From Octopus sinensis (Eukaryota): 64,000 nucleotides of DNA. The position numbers and the translations under genes were made by a program. Below the pieces are notes generated by a model, which did not search any database, was not told the origin of the DNA, and was given only the letters and a program-made list of their open reading frames with translations. The stretch spans positions 1,674,001 through 1,738,000 of the forward strand of contig NC_043026.1 in assembly GCF_006345805.1 (NCBI RefSeq). The letters are read 5' to 3'. Below are positions 11,482 through 25,519 of this stretch, piece after piece (the first letter of the stretch is position 1; the number at the start of each line of letters is the position of its first letter).

Positions 11482-13001
11482 CATATGTACATATATACAA
11501 ACACATAAATATGCATACATATATAAATACTTGTTACAGTCAGTGGATTGTGGCCATGCTGGAGCACTGGGTTTAACTGATAAACACAGACCTATTACAG
11601 ATTTCCTTTTTCTTAAGTTTGATACTTTATCAGTTTCTTTTGGAGAACCTTAAAGAGTTTTTACACGCTGCAGGCACAAGCGCTAGTTACAAGAAGACAC
11701 TAGCATTGGTCTCTACTGCAATTTCACTTGGCTTGATGGGTCTTCTGATGTGCAGGATATTGGAAAAGGTCTCGGTCACTTGTCATTGCCTCATTTCACA
11801 GGTTCCCTCTACAGTGACAAACTGGTATTTCTTCACACAGCTCTCCCATTGCATTACTTGACCACACCAGTGCAGTCGTCTCTCTTGCACACCACATCTG
11901 ATGCCTCTTATGCCCAACTTTTTTCTCAAGACACTGACACTGTGGTATGTATGTATATATATATATATATATATACTTATGCGTGTGTCTTTGTGCCTGT
12001 GTTTGTCTCCACACCACTGCATGTCTGCATGTTAAGTGCTGGTGTGTTTACATCCCTGTAACTCAGTGGTTTGTCAAAACAATAAGTACCAGGGTCAATA
12101 CATTTTACTAAAAATTCCTCAAGACAGTGCCCCAGCATGACACAAGTAAAAGGTATATATATAAGAAAGGCCATTTTTCAGTTTCTGTCTATGAAATCCA
12201 CGCACAAGGCTTTGGTTGGCCCAAGGCTATAATAGAAGGCCCAAAGTGCCACACAGTGAGGCTGAACTCAAACTATATGATCTGGACGTGAACTTCTTAA
12301 CCACAGACATTCCTGCACCCACAATGTTAAAGAAACATAAAAACCCCATGTCTTAGTGAAATGCACAAATGCAACAAATTCCTGCCTGTTGCCCTGCTTA
12401 CCTAACCAGCAGTGTGGTGTCGCTCAAAAGCTAAACCAATGTAAAGTGCATCATGACCAGTGATGTGTAACAACATCCGATAGCCTGGTCAGTCACGTCA
12501 TCACATGATATATCCCATTCAACAACATATACGCAAATCTGTCGACGTAACTATTTAATCCATTCTCTTTATCTAAACATCCCTGAACCTCTTCTGCCTC
12601 TTCATACGTATTCATGGTCTGATATCTTCAGACCTTATCACTTTCTGAGATAAGGTCTGAAGAGATAAGACCTTGAATAACCTTGGCTTACTTTGTCATA
12701 TTGCTGCTAAGAACATAAAACTACAGACTGACCACACTCACACTCACACTCACACTCACACATAGTGGAGCTTGATACAACCTTGCAGCTTGCTGTATCC
12801 TGTTATGATGATGACAACATACATGACAATATATTTACACACACACACGGATGGATGGATGCTGCAACTGTGTCTTCAAGGATTTAGTTGTTTCACCCCC
12901 TGAACCACCCACTCAAAGCACTGGCTGTTAAGACACAACAAAGTCATAGACAGGTGGCTGAGTTGCCTTGCTTGTCTATGACTTTCAGGTATTTTAAAAC
13001 C

Positions 13002-16000
13002 CAGTACTTGTAGGGAGTCACCCCCACAATGCTACTCCGCAGTATACATGTAGGGAGTCCCCCCCACAATGCTACTCCGCAGTATACATGTAGGGAGTCC
13101 CCCCCACAATGCTACTCCGCAGTATACTTGTAGGGAGTCACCCCCACAATGCTACTCCGCAGTATACATGTAGGGAGTCCCCCCCCCAATGCTACTCCGC
13201 AGTATACATGTAGGGAGTCCCCCCACAATGCTACTCCTACCAGTATACTTGTAGGGAGTCACCCCCACAATGCTACTCCGCAGTATACATGTAGGGAGTC
13301 CCCCCCACAATGCTACTCCGCAGTATACATGTAGGGAGTCCCCCCCACAATGCTACTCCGCAGTATACATGTAGGGAGTCCCCCCCACAATGCTACTCCG
13401 CAGTATACTTGTAGGGAGTCACCCCCACAATGCTACTCCGCAGTATACTTGTAGGGAGTCACCCCACAATGCTACTCCGCAGTATACATGTAGGGAGTCA
13501 CCCCCACAATCTACTACTCCGCAGTATACATGTAGGGAGTCACCCCCACAATGCTACTCCGCAGTATACATGTAGGGAGTCCCCCCCACAATGCTACTCC
13601 GCAGTATACTTGTAGGGAGTCACCCCACAATGCTACTCCTCGCAGTATACATGTAGGGAGTCACCCCCACAATGCTACTCCGCAGTATACATGTAGGGAG
13701 TCACCCCCACAATGCTACTCCGCAGTATACATGTAGGGAGTCCCCCCACAATGCTACTCCACAGTATACATGTAGGGAGTCCCCCCCACAATGCTACTCC
13801 GCAGTATACATGTAGGGAGTCCCCCCACAATGCTACTCCGCAGTATACATGTAGGGAGTCCCCACAATGCTACTCCGCAGTATACTTGTAGGGAGTCACC
13901 CCCACAATGCTACTCCTCCGCAGTATACATGTAGGGAGTCCCCCCCACAATGCTACTCCGCAGTATACATGTAGGGAGTCCCCCCCACAATGCTACTCCG
14001 CAGTATACATGTAGGGAGTCACCCCCACAATGCTACTCCGCAGTATACATGTAGGGAGTCCCCCCACAATGCTACTCCGCAGTATACTTGTAGGGAGTCA
14101 CCCCCACAATGCTACTCCTCCGCAGTATACTTGTAGGGAGTCCCCCCACACAATGCTACTCCACAGTATACATGTAGGGAGTCACCCCCCACATGCTACT
14201 CCGCAGTATACATGTAGGAGTCCCCCCCACAATGCTACTCCACAGTATACATGTAGGGAGTCACCCCCACAATGCTACTCCGCAGTATACTTGTAGGGAG
14301 TCACCCCCACATGCTACTACTCGCAGTATACTTGTAGGGAGTCACCCCCACAATGCTAATGCTACTCCGCAGTATACTTGTAGGGAGTCACCCCCACAAT
14401 GCTACTCCGCAGTATACTTGTAGGGAGTCCCCCCACAATGCTACTCCGCAGTATACTTGTAGGGAGTCACCCCCACAATGCTACTCCGCAGTATACTTGT
14501 AGGGAGTCACCCCCACAATGCTACTCCGCAGTATACATGTAGGGAGTCCCCCCCACAATGCTACTCCACAGTATACATGTAGGGAGTCCCCCCCACAATG
14601 CTACTCCGCAGTATACTTGTAGGGAGTCACCCCCACAATGCTACTCCGCAGTATACATGTAGGGAGTCACCCCCACAATGCTACTCCGCAGTATACTTGT
14701 AGGGAGTCCCCCCCCACAATGCTACTCCGCAGTATACTTGTAGGGAGTCACCCCCACAATGCTACTCCGCATATACATGTAGGGAGTCACCCCCACAATG
14801 CTACTCCGCAGTATACATGTAGGGAGTCACCCCCACAATGCTACTCCGCAGTATATTGTAGGGAGTCACCCCCACAATGCTACTCCGCAGTATACTTGTA
14901 GGGAGTCCCCCCCACAATGCTACTCCGCAGTATACTTGTAGGGAGTCCCCCCCACAATGCTACTCCGCAGTATACATGTAGGGAGTCACCCCCACAATGC
15001 TACTCCCCAGTATACTTGTAGGGAGTCACCCCCACAATGCTACTCCGCAGTATACTTGTAGGGAGTCACCCCCACAATGCTACTCCGCAGTATACATGTA
15101 GGGAGTCACCCCCACAATGCTACTCCGCAGTATACATGTAGGGAGTCCCCCCACAATGCTACTCCGCAGTATACTTGTAGGGAGTCCCCCCCACAATGCT
15201 ACTCCGCAGTATACTTGTAGGGAGTCACCCCCACAATGCTACTCCGCAGTATACATGTAGGGAGTCCCCCCCACAATGCTACTCTCCAGTATACTTGTAG
15301 GGAGTCACCCCCACAATGCTACTCCGCAGTATACTTGTAGGGAGTCCCCCCCACAATGCTACTCCGCAGTATACTTGTAGGGAGTCCCCCCCACAATGCT
15401 ACTCCGCAGTATACTTGTAGGGAGTCACCCCCACAATGCTACTCCGCAGTATACTTGTAGGGAGTCCCCCCACAATGCTACTCATGCTACTCCGCAGTAT
15501 ACATGTAGGGAGTCCCCCCCACAATGCTACTCCGCAGTATACTTGTAGGGAGTCACCCCCACAATGCTACTCCGCAGTATACATGTAGGGAGTCCCCCCC
15601 CCAATGCTATGCTACTCCGCAGTATACTTGTAGGGAGTCCCCCCCACAATGCTACTCCGCAGTATACTTGTAGGGAGTCACCCCCACAATGCTACTCCGC
15701 AGTATACATGTAGGGAGTCCCCCCCACAATGCTACTCCGCAGTATACTTGTAGGGAGTCACCCCCACAATGCTACTCCGCAGTATACTTGTAGGGAGTCA
15801 CCCCCACAATGCTACTCCGCAGTATACTTGTAGGGAGTCCCCCCCACAATGCTACTCCGCAGTATACTTGTAGGGAGTCCCCCCCACAATGCTACTCCGC
15901 AGTATACTTGTAGGGAGTCCCCCCCACAATGCTACTCCGCAGTATACTTGTAGGGAGTCCCCCCACAATGCTACTCCACAGTATACATGTAGGGAGTCCC

Positions 16001-16670
16001 CCCCACAATGCTACTCCGCAGTATACTTGTAGGGAGTCACCCCCACAATGCTACTCCGCAGTATACTTGTAGGGAGTCACCCCCACAATGCTACTCCGCA
16101 GTATACTTGTAGGGAGTCACCCCCACAATGCTACTCCGCAGTATACATGTAGGGAGTCCCCCCCACAATGCTACTCCGCAGTATACTTGTAGGGAGTCAC
16201 CCCCACAATGCTACTCCGCAGTATACTTGTAGGGAGTCACCCCCACAATGCTACTCCACAGTATACATGTAGGGAGTCCCCCCCACAATGCTACTCCGCA
16301 GTATACTTGTAGGGAGTCCCCCCCACAATGCTACTCCGCAGTATACTTGTAGGGAGTCACCCCCACAATGCTACTCCGCAGTATACTTGTAGGGAGTCCC
16401 CCCCACAATGCTACTCCGCAGTATACTTGTAGGGAGTCCCCCCCCCAATGCTACTACTCCGCAGTATACTTGTAGGAGTCCCCCCACAATGCTACTCTCC
16501 GCAGTATACTTGTAGGGAGTCCCCCCCACAATGCTACTCCGCAGTATACTTGTAGGGAGTCACCCCCACAATGCTACTCCGCAGTATACATGTAGGGAGT
16601 CCCCCCCACAATGCTACTCCGCAGTATACTTGTAGGGAGTCCCCCCCACAATGCTACTCCGCAGTATACT
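13002..16670. repeat. Tandem array of a 40-bp unit, about 90 copies
   Basis: Unit GCAGTATAC(A/T)TGTAGGGAGTC(A/C)CCCCCACAATGCTACTCC, with variable C-run length and occasional short duplications. Confidence 0.98.
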
Positions 16671-16940
16671 GGTGAACAAACAAAGCACATGCATTGAGCA
16701 TGTTTGATTGATAATGTTTACAACGCAAGAGCTGCTTTCAATTTGTAATTGAATATCTATATATATAAATATACACACATATCAATATCTAATACATATA
16801 TACACATACACAGATATATGTACAAATGTTTGTGCATATATATATATATATATGTATGTATGTGTGTGTGGGCAGTATACGAGGACCCAAAACTAAAGCT
16901 GTGTTTATATATATTTATTTACATATATGCCTTTATATAT

Positions 16941-16987
<47 letters not shown>

Positions 16988-17220
16988 TACAAACTATATC
17001 ACGCAAGCAAGCATGGAAAAGTAACGAAAAATGGTTATGATATATATACATACACACATATATATATACAGGTTAGGGTCATAATGTGAGAAGGTTGAAT
17101 TCAAATAACCTAAAACTCAGGACAAACAACTTAAAAGATCAAATACTAAGAACATTGAACTTTAAGATATTTTATGGAAAAATAATCTAACATATTTATT
17201 TATTAAAAAAGATCTTTTTT

Positions 17221-17702
17221 TGGCACTCCATCATTTATGATGACAAGGGTTTCAGTTGATCCAATCAACGGAACAGCTGCTCATGAAATTAATGCACAAG
17301 TGGTTGAGTACTCCGCAGAGGTTGACAAGGTTGGCCCTTTTCAATTACAACTTGCATTTGCCAGCTCAAAGACACAATGTGATGCTAGGGCTCGAACTCC
17401 TGATCTCACACACACTGGCACTCGGTTACAATGATGAGGGTTCCAGTTAAGCTGATCAATGGAACAGCCAGTTCATGAAATTAACGTGTAAGTGGCTGAG
17501 TACTCCACAGACACGTGAACCCTTAATGTAGTTCTCAGGGAGATTCAGTGTAACACAGAATGTGACAAGGCTTACTGGTACTATTCATTTTTCCAGTTCA
17601 GTGGACCGGAACAATGTGAAATAAAGTGTCTTGCTCAAGGACACATGCCACTGAGAATTGAACTCATGACCACATGAGCCAAGTACCCAAACCACTAGGC
17701 TA
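17221..17702 (-). mobile_element. tRNA-derived SINE, family B (partly duplicated copy)
   Basis: Homologous to 55817-56135, with a Pol III A/B-box-like head on the minus strand near 17640-17700. Confidence 0.7.
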
Positions 17703-18059
17703 CGTACCTTTTTTGTTATTATGTTACGTAAGAATGGTCTTAAGAAACTTCACCCTGAAGAATTTTTAGTCGAATGAACAGATCCCAGTAATTTTGGTAA
17801 ACCTGGTAAACACACCAACACTAGTTGGCAAGTGAAAGTGGAGGCACAGACACAAAGCCAACCACAGATGTATATATATATATATATTTAATAGTTTTGG
17901 ACTAATGGATATATGTCAGTTAGGGTGTTGAAGTGTTGAGTAGAGGACTGGCACGGTTTGGGATCCCTGGTATCATCCGCAGTCGGGGTAGGTTTTCATT
18001 GGATCTACTTTAGGAACTTAGCAGGGTTAGTTGAGATAATGATAATTTCTTTAGCAACC

Positions 18060-18323
18060 AGAAGATGGATTTGGTATTAATCCTTACTTTGTACAGTGGT
18101 CATTTTGACCCATCCTGCTACTGTCCCTTATTGGCAGGACTCTGTTCAACATGTTGTCTTGCATCAATTTTGCAATCTGGGTCTCATCAGGTACATCCAT
18201 ACATAAACTACAAAACTGATGCAACGCAACATGTTGAAAGGAGTGCCATCTATAAGGGAGAGTAACAGGATGGGTTGAAAGAACACTTATTCTAAATAAA
18301 GATTTATACCAAGTCCATCTTCT
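18060..18323. repeat. Old imperfect foldback (arms 18060-18172 and 18211-18323)
   Basis: The ~113-bp arms are clearly complementary but carry many mismatches. The 38-nt spacer contains CTGATGA-GACC on the minus strand. Confidence 0.85.
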
Positions 18324-18492
18324 CTCTACTTAAGAACTTATATATATATATATATATATTTTTATGTATTTTTATATAATTTTTATGACGAAAAATGCGA
18401 GCGATGTATAAGTACGCAGGCAAAGCAGAGTTATAACAGAGTAATTTCCCTTCATTTTTAACGGTATTTTTTCATAACGTTTTCAAATAGCC

Positions 18493-18553
18493 AGATAACC
18501 GAAGAGATGGTGTTGTGGATTTCCACTTCGGCATCTGAAACTCAGTTTTATCT
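18493..18553 (+). ncRNA. Hammerhead-like motif (U4C variant) in a ~230-bp element between (TA)n tracts
   Basis: Stem I AGATAA/TTATCT, core CCGAAGA, stem II GATG/CATC, GAAA and a shortened stem III. Same family as the arms of 32497-32708. Confidence 0.45.
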
Positions 18554-20832
18554 TGACTACCGAGTAATGTAACATATTGTATAGATATATATATATATAT
18601 AAAACTTCAAAGCCACCAGGAGAGAAAAAAATTAAGAAATCAAATGACAGAAAGGCTAAATAAAATCAACCTGATTCTCTCTCAACACTACCAGGCGGTC
18701 AATGCCATCGACTCTTTTATACAAGAATTAGTCTAATTAGTCATCACCATAAAAAAAGCATTCAACAAAGAAGCTAAATTCTTGGATATGAGATAAAGCC
18801 ACTGCCGCTGTCATATATCTGACGGGCTTCTTTCAGTTTCCATCTACAAAATCCACTCACAAGTTTTTGGTCAGTCTGAGGCTATAAGTGGAAAACACTC
18901 GCCCAAGGTGCCAAACAGGGGCACCTTGGGGGAGTGTTTTCTACTAACAGCCCCAGGCCACACAGCGACGCCTGAGCCTAATAACTATTTTTTTTCATTT
19001 CAGTATAATTTCACCATCTTTTATTTCTTGCTTAAATATAGACCTATATTTCAATGCAATAAAGACATTATTATCCAGCCACAAGATAATACTACGTCAA
19101 AACAAGACAAGCAAAATGTGGCAAGTATCTTTACTTACAGAAAACCATCATCCTCATCATTGTTTTAATGTTCACTTTTAAAAACTTGCATGGGTCAACA
19201 AGAATATATTGAGGCAGATTTTCTACAGTTGGATGCTTTCTCTGTCACCAATCTTCACCTGCTTCCAAGTAAGATAAACATTTGCATGCGGCCAGACGGG
19301 TTTGCAGAATCTTGAAAATGAAGGACACTGCATGATTTGACAACTACCATGCAATGCCAGGACAAACACACACACACACACTAACCCATACATGCTTGTG
19401 TGTGAATATTACACACACACTATATATATATATATATAATATATAAAATCATCATCTTCCATGCACGCATGGGTAGGACGGTTGACAGGAGCCAACCAGG
19501 AAGAAAACTACCCTAGGCTACTGTGCGTTTTGGCAGGGTTTTTATGGCTGGACGCCCTTCCTAACACCAACCACTCTGCAGAGAGGACTCGGTACTTTTT
19601 ACGTAGCACTAGCACAGGCGAGGCTAGTTTTGGCATGATTTTTACACCTAGATACCCTTCCAAATGCCAACCACTTCACAGTGTGGACTGGATGCGTTTT
19701 ACATGGCACCAGCACTGCCAGGGTCAGCAAGTAACTTGCAAGACAAGGAATTACGAGAGGGGTAGGGGTATTTGAGGAAGGGAACTTGTGTCAGAGATGA
19801 AAGGTGGGAGTATGACAGATATAGGGAGTTATACATATATGGATAAACATAGATACACACACACACACATGATGGGCTTCATTTAATTTCTGTCCCTGAA
19901 ATCCATCACAAGACTTTTCGCCTGGAGCTGTAAAAGACACTTGCCCAATGTGCCACAGAATGGAACTGAACATGAAACCACATGGTTGGGAGGCTGAATT
20001 TCACAGCCAAACTTGTGCCTATGAAATAGATAATAAAAGTGTAATGTGGGGATGCCTTAACGTAGACATAAACCTTAAACAGTTTATCTAAAACCTCATT
20101 CTTTGAAGTCTCTTATCATTCCATATTCTAAATGTTTTCTTCCAGTACAAAAATAAACATGCCACATTGTTAAAGGGCTGAATTTTGATACAAAAGCACA
20201 TCCGCTGCTCGTTCTCTTCCACTTCACAATAACAGAAATTCTGTCTTTCAATCATTTAATTTCTGCTTCTGTTCCAAGAAAAGGAAAATAGTCAATAATG
20301 AAAGTTTCAGGACAGAAGTGTTCAATGGATGTTTCAGTTTGCACTTAGGGGTCTCTGATATCACATCCCGGTTTGGCATTTCTATTTCCCTGTTTATTTT
20401 AAAGGTGAATCTGCTCAGGTGTCGCTCACCTGGTTGCTTCAGCTTTCGGTCTTCTGATTTTAAGCTAATTCTAATTCCGCCTTCTCACCCACATTTCTAA
20501 GATTGGCACACACATACGTGAACACACAAATACATTCACACACACATGTGTGATATACACATACACATATATATAAACATGCACACACACACACACACAT
20601 ATATACACATACACACCCACCCACACCATCATCATCATTGTTCAACATCCACTTTCCATGCTGGCATGGGTTGGACAGTTTGACTGAGGATTGGCAAGCC
20701 AGGAGTTGCCAGGCTCCAGTTTGATCTGGCAAGGTTTCAACAGCTCGATGCCCTTCCTAATGTCAACCACATATATACACATACATGCATATATATAGAT
20801 ATATATATATACATACATACACATACATACAT

Positions 20833-21860
20833 AGCTCCTACCCCTACTGGTGACAAAGGGTCTCTCGCTCAGAGTGAAAGGTAGATTGTACAATGCATGT
20901 GTGCGAACCGGCATGCTTCACGGTAGTGAAACATGGGCTGTGACTGCAGAGGACATGCGTAGGCTTGAAAGAAATGAAGCTAGCATAATCCGTTGGATGT
21001 GTAATGTCAGTGTGCACACACAACAGAGTGTAAGTGCCCTGAGAGAAATGCTGGACATAAGCAGCATCAGATGTGGTGTGCAAGAGAGATATCTGTGCTG
21101 GTATGGTCATGTACTGCGGATTAGTGAGGAGAGATGTGTGAAGAAGTGCCACTCCCAAACAGTTGAAGGTATCAGGGGGAGAGGTAGACCCAGGAAGACA
21201 TGGGATGAGGTAGTCAAGCATGACCTCAGAGCGTTGGGCCTCACAGAGGCAATGACGAAAGACCGAGACCTCTGGAGGTATGCTGTGACTGCAAAGACCC
21301 AGCAAATAAAATGAGTTTATGGCTGCTTCCTGCATCAGTTTCGCATAGCCCCAGCCCATCCAAAGTACCTTGGATCGTAGGGTGACCTGCTGTGCTTACC
21401 TTGGATCGTAGGGTGACCTGCTGTGCTTGAGGAGACCTATTGAGTCAAGTACATCAACATCAAAATAAATATCAAATGGAAGTAGTAGTTGTGATACCTG
21501 TGCCAGTGGCACGTAAAAAGCACCATCCGAACGTGGCCGATGCCAGCGCCGCCTTGACTGGCTTCTGTGCTTGTGGCACGTAAAAAGCACCATCCGAACG
21601 TGGCCGATGCTAGCTCCGCCTTGACTGGTTTCTGTGCCAATGGCACATAAAAAGCACCAACTGATCGTGGCTACCGCCAGCCTCCCCTGGCACCTGTGCT
21701 GGTGGCACGTAAAAAGCACCCAGTACACTCACGGAGTGGTTGGCGTTAGGAAGGGCATCCTGATCAGACTGGAGCCTGGTGCAGCCTCCTGGTTTCCCAG
21801 ACCCCGGTTGAACTGTCCAACCCGTGCTAGCACGGAAAACGGACGTTAAACAATGATGAT
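20833..21860 (+). mobile_element. 5'-truncated RTE-clade LINE: ORF2 C-terminus, 3' UTR and (GAT)n tail
   Basis: ORF 20850-21314 reads GRLYNACVRTGMLHGSETWAV...RWMC...WYGHVLR...[12 protein letters not shown]. The UTR has a 31-bp tandem duplication (21367-21428) and ~60-bp subrepeats. More than 20 UTR-only copies occur in the window (e.g. 6370, 9410, 19450, 24100, 31250, 38165, 53810, 57430, 59451). Confidence 0.92.
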
Positions 21861-22035
21861 ATATAAATATATATATATACATACACACATCCATATATAA
21901 ATATACACACATACACACACACATATATATATACATACATATACATATATAGAAATTTATAGAAAAACAAAAGACAAAGACAGGTGTATGAACAAGCAAG
22001 TGTATTAGTTCGACGCTTGAGAAAAATGAAAAAGT

Positions 22036-22071
22036 CTTTTACATTTCGAGCCTCTGCTCTTCAACAGAAAG
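22036..22071 (-). ncRNA. Small hammerhead-like variant (CUGUUGA core)
   Basis: Minus strand CTTT-CTGTTGA-A-GAGC agag GCTC-GAAA-TG-TA-AAAG. Related to 56640-56675. Lies about 440 nt past the ANAPC7 stop. Confidence 0.4.
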
Positions 22072-22379
22072 GAATAAGAGGAAATAAACAGAGAGAGAAT
22101 GAGAAAAACTTGTAGAGTTCAGTGGTCCAACATGGCGAATATATACATACATACATATACATACATATATATACACATACATATATACATACACACACAC
22201 GCACACAAACAAAAATATATGTTGCTTGGTTGTGTTGAGGCAGTAGTAAAAGAATCCTTTTGAAGTGTAGTAGTGTCATGTGACAGTGTTGTGGTGGTGG
22301 TAGTTGTCTAACTGTTGTTGTGGCAGTGCAATGTTGCATGAGAAGACAAAGAAGAAAAGTGAGTGGGTGGTGGTGAGAG

Positions 22380-22414
<35 letters not shown>

Positions 22415-22507
22415 ATAAGAGATCGTCTGTATTGTTTCTCTCTTAAAACTAATATCGCAGGGAGTAAATGGGGTTGTGGTGGACTGAGGGTCAGGGGTGG
22501 TGGTCTG

Positions 22508-22564
22508 CTAGCTGAAGTCAGTCTCCGACCAGTTGCTTTCCACGTCACTGCCTTCTAGGTCTCC
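22508..22564 (-). CDS. ANAPC7: ANAPC7 terminal coding exon ([18 protein letters not shown])
   Basis: Acceptor ttatttgacAG, phase 0, TAG at 22510-22508. Matches the acidic APC7 C-terminus. Confidence 0.92.
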   Translation of the reverse strand, partial: GDLEGSDVESNWSETDFS

Positions 22565-25519
22565 CTGTCAAATAAGAAAGAAACAATTACTAAAGAAACC
22601 AATTTCAATCAAGACATGAACAGAAAAACAAAACAAATCTGTTTGAATGACCCCTTTTGTTTGACCTCTGGATAAAATGGTCAAAGTGCTTCTGTGGACA
22701 ACAAATAACAATATCCATTCTGTTGGATGATCACTTAATGTGAAGGGAAGCTGTGGACGAAGGAGACCCAGGAAGACATCGGACGAAGTATTGAAGGCTG
22801 ATCTCAAAATGTTGAACCTTACAAAGGAGATGATAAAGGAACGAGGTATCTGGTGCCTCAAGAAGACCTGTCCACCAGGGTAGAATTGATACTTGTGCTG
22901 GTACTCTCAGCAAAGTGGTTGGTGTTAGGAAAGGCATCCAGCTGTAGAAACCAGGCCAAAAAACAGACTCTCAGAGCCTTACAGCTACTGTTAAGCCATC
23001 CAACCCATGCCAGCATGAAAAGCAGGCATATAACATATATATATATGATGATAACATACACACACACATATATAAAAGATCAGAATTTTAACCCATTCAA
23101 TAAAATTTATTAAGAAGGTGGTGCCCTATCATGGCTGCAGTTAAGTCAATCACAGTGACCACCACCCCATCGCTACCACTCATATACCAATTTCTAATTA
23201 GTTTTAGTCTATATTTTTCAGCATCATCATTAAAGACATTCAGCAACAACTTTCAAAAAAAAAAAAAAAACTTTTTTTGAAAGAAGTTTGGGTTTTTTTT
23301 TTACAAAATGGAATGAAAATAATGAATTTCCATTGTTTAACTCTTTCCCCATTTCTGATTACTCGGTCGAAAGTGATGCTCAGTTATTCACATTGTTTTC
23401 AATTAATCCTTCATTATCTCATCGCTTTGAAATGTTCATGATGTGATTGTTTCCATTCAGAATGACATTGTAGGTGGGAGAGGTCAAATCTGGCAGGTTT
23501 CAATATAAAACATGTTAAGTATTTGGGCTGGACATGGCTTGTTTCAATGCTAAAGGGTTAAATCTCTCTTAAGAAAATTTACGAATCTTTTATCTTTTAC
23601 TTGTTTCAGTCATTAGACTCTGGCCATGCTGGGGCACAGACTTGAAGAATCTTAGTCGAGCACGTTGACCCCAGTACTTACTTTCATTTTAAGCCTGGTA
23701 CTTATTCTATTGATTTCTTTTTGGTGAACTGCTAAGTTACAGGGATGTAAACACATCAACAGTGGTTGTCAAGCAGTGGTGGGGACAAACAGATACACAT
23801 GATGGGCTTCTTTCAGTTTCCATTCCAAATCCATTCACAAGGCTTTGCTCATAATAGAAGGCATTTGTCCAAGTTGCCACACAGCGGGACTGAACCTGGA
23901 ACCATTATGTTGGGAAGCAAGCTTCTTACCACACAGCCACACCTGTGCCTTTTACATATTTCTTTTATTTCAATATTGTTTTACTTTCTTTTACTTAGCC
24001 TTTTAACATTTAAACCAGTTTTATGTTCAAACTGATCAGATCCAGGCCCTCACACCCATCCTACAATCAACAGTCACACCTATTTTAAGATGCCAGTTCC
24101 GCCTGACTGGCCCCCGTGCCGGTGGCACGTAAAAGCATCCACTACACTCTCGGAGTGGTTGGCGTTAGGAAGGGCAGCCAGCTGTAGAAACTCTGCCAGA
24201 TCAAGACTGGAGCTTGGTGCAGCCATCTGGTTCGCCAGCCCACAGTCAAAATCGTCCAACCCATGCTAGCATGGAAAGCGGACGTTAAACGATGATGATG
24301 ATCATCATCATCATCATTGAAATATCAAAACTATGAGATAATGCAGGATTAGTTCAGCGAAATATAAATGAATAAGTTTTACATTTGACAGAATAATCTG
24401 AAAGCCAAACGGTTAATTCTTCCTTGAATATATACCTATATTTCAATGAAATAAAAAACTGTGGTTTGAAGTATCTTCTCTTCCATTTTACAAATTCAGT
24501 GTGCACATGTGCATTGCACACTTCATTGCACACATATTCAAGCTTCCCTTTCTGGTTCCTACTCAAAACTGTTTACGGGTCACAACCATTTCATGAATTC
24601 ATGAGGAGCGTTTCAGGCTTCGATGGTTGTGAAAAAAAGTCAGAAACTAATGAGTGCTTTCAATCTATTAAATTCTTCTTTTATTACAACATCGTTTTAC
24701 CTTCTTTTACTAGATTCTTTCTTGAACAGGTATATACATAGGTTTCGATGAAAGAAAGCATTACTTATTCCAGCCATTAACAACAGGTCATTGATCTTAC
24801 CAGGGGATTGTTGACGTCATTGTCACTACCTTCCATATCTTCAACCTCCATGTCGTAGGAACCTTCCAGGCCATTGTCTGTTTGTTTCTCAATTCTTTGG
24901 ATGCCCTCCTTTGCAGGTAAATTGGCTGGGTCCATCCTTTTGAGGGAGAAAAATATGTGTAGAGTCAAAATGAGAGAGAGAGAGAGGAAAGACAGGGACA
25001 TAATTGACAAGTAGTATGTATTCTTGTAGCATTCAGGCCTGTAATATAGCATCCAGTCACTTCCCCCCAAATTTGCAACAAACATTAATCAGGCTTCTCG
25101 AATTGGTGGAACGATAGAGCGGTTGTATACTGTCAACTTAACGTGACAGTCCCAGAAAGGGAATTACATCACTGCTATCTATCGTTCCACCACTGCTTAT
25201 GTCTCTCTGAGATATTTAGAAATTTAATATTTCTAATTTTGGTGATCAGTGAATATACTCCACTGAAAATATGTTTACGAAGGCTTGACAGGTATCTTTA
25301 GCTGCAGGCCATGCTACTCCAGACTGATGACGAGCAAAGACTCGGAAACATGTCTCTGGATGCAAGCCTAGCTGTTGTGGGTGCTTGTCTCCCCTTTGTA
25401 AACATAAGGACACAGGAAATGTGTCAAGGCCGACAGGAAGCGTTGATGCTTCCTAGGGCTAAATAGCAGTGGTGTGATTCCCTTTATGGGACTGTCACAT
25501 TAAGTTGACAGTATACAAC

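Noticed and set aside
13002-16670. CRISPR-like array
   Set aside because: Units are contiguous with no unique spacers, there are no cas genes, and the context is eukaryotic.
20393-22507. ANAPC7 polyadenylation site
   Set aside because: The nearest minus-strand AATAAA I noticed is ~2.1 kb from the stop, beyond an RTE insertion. It cannot be assigned without transcript data.
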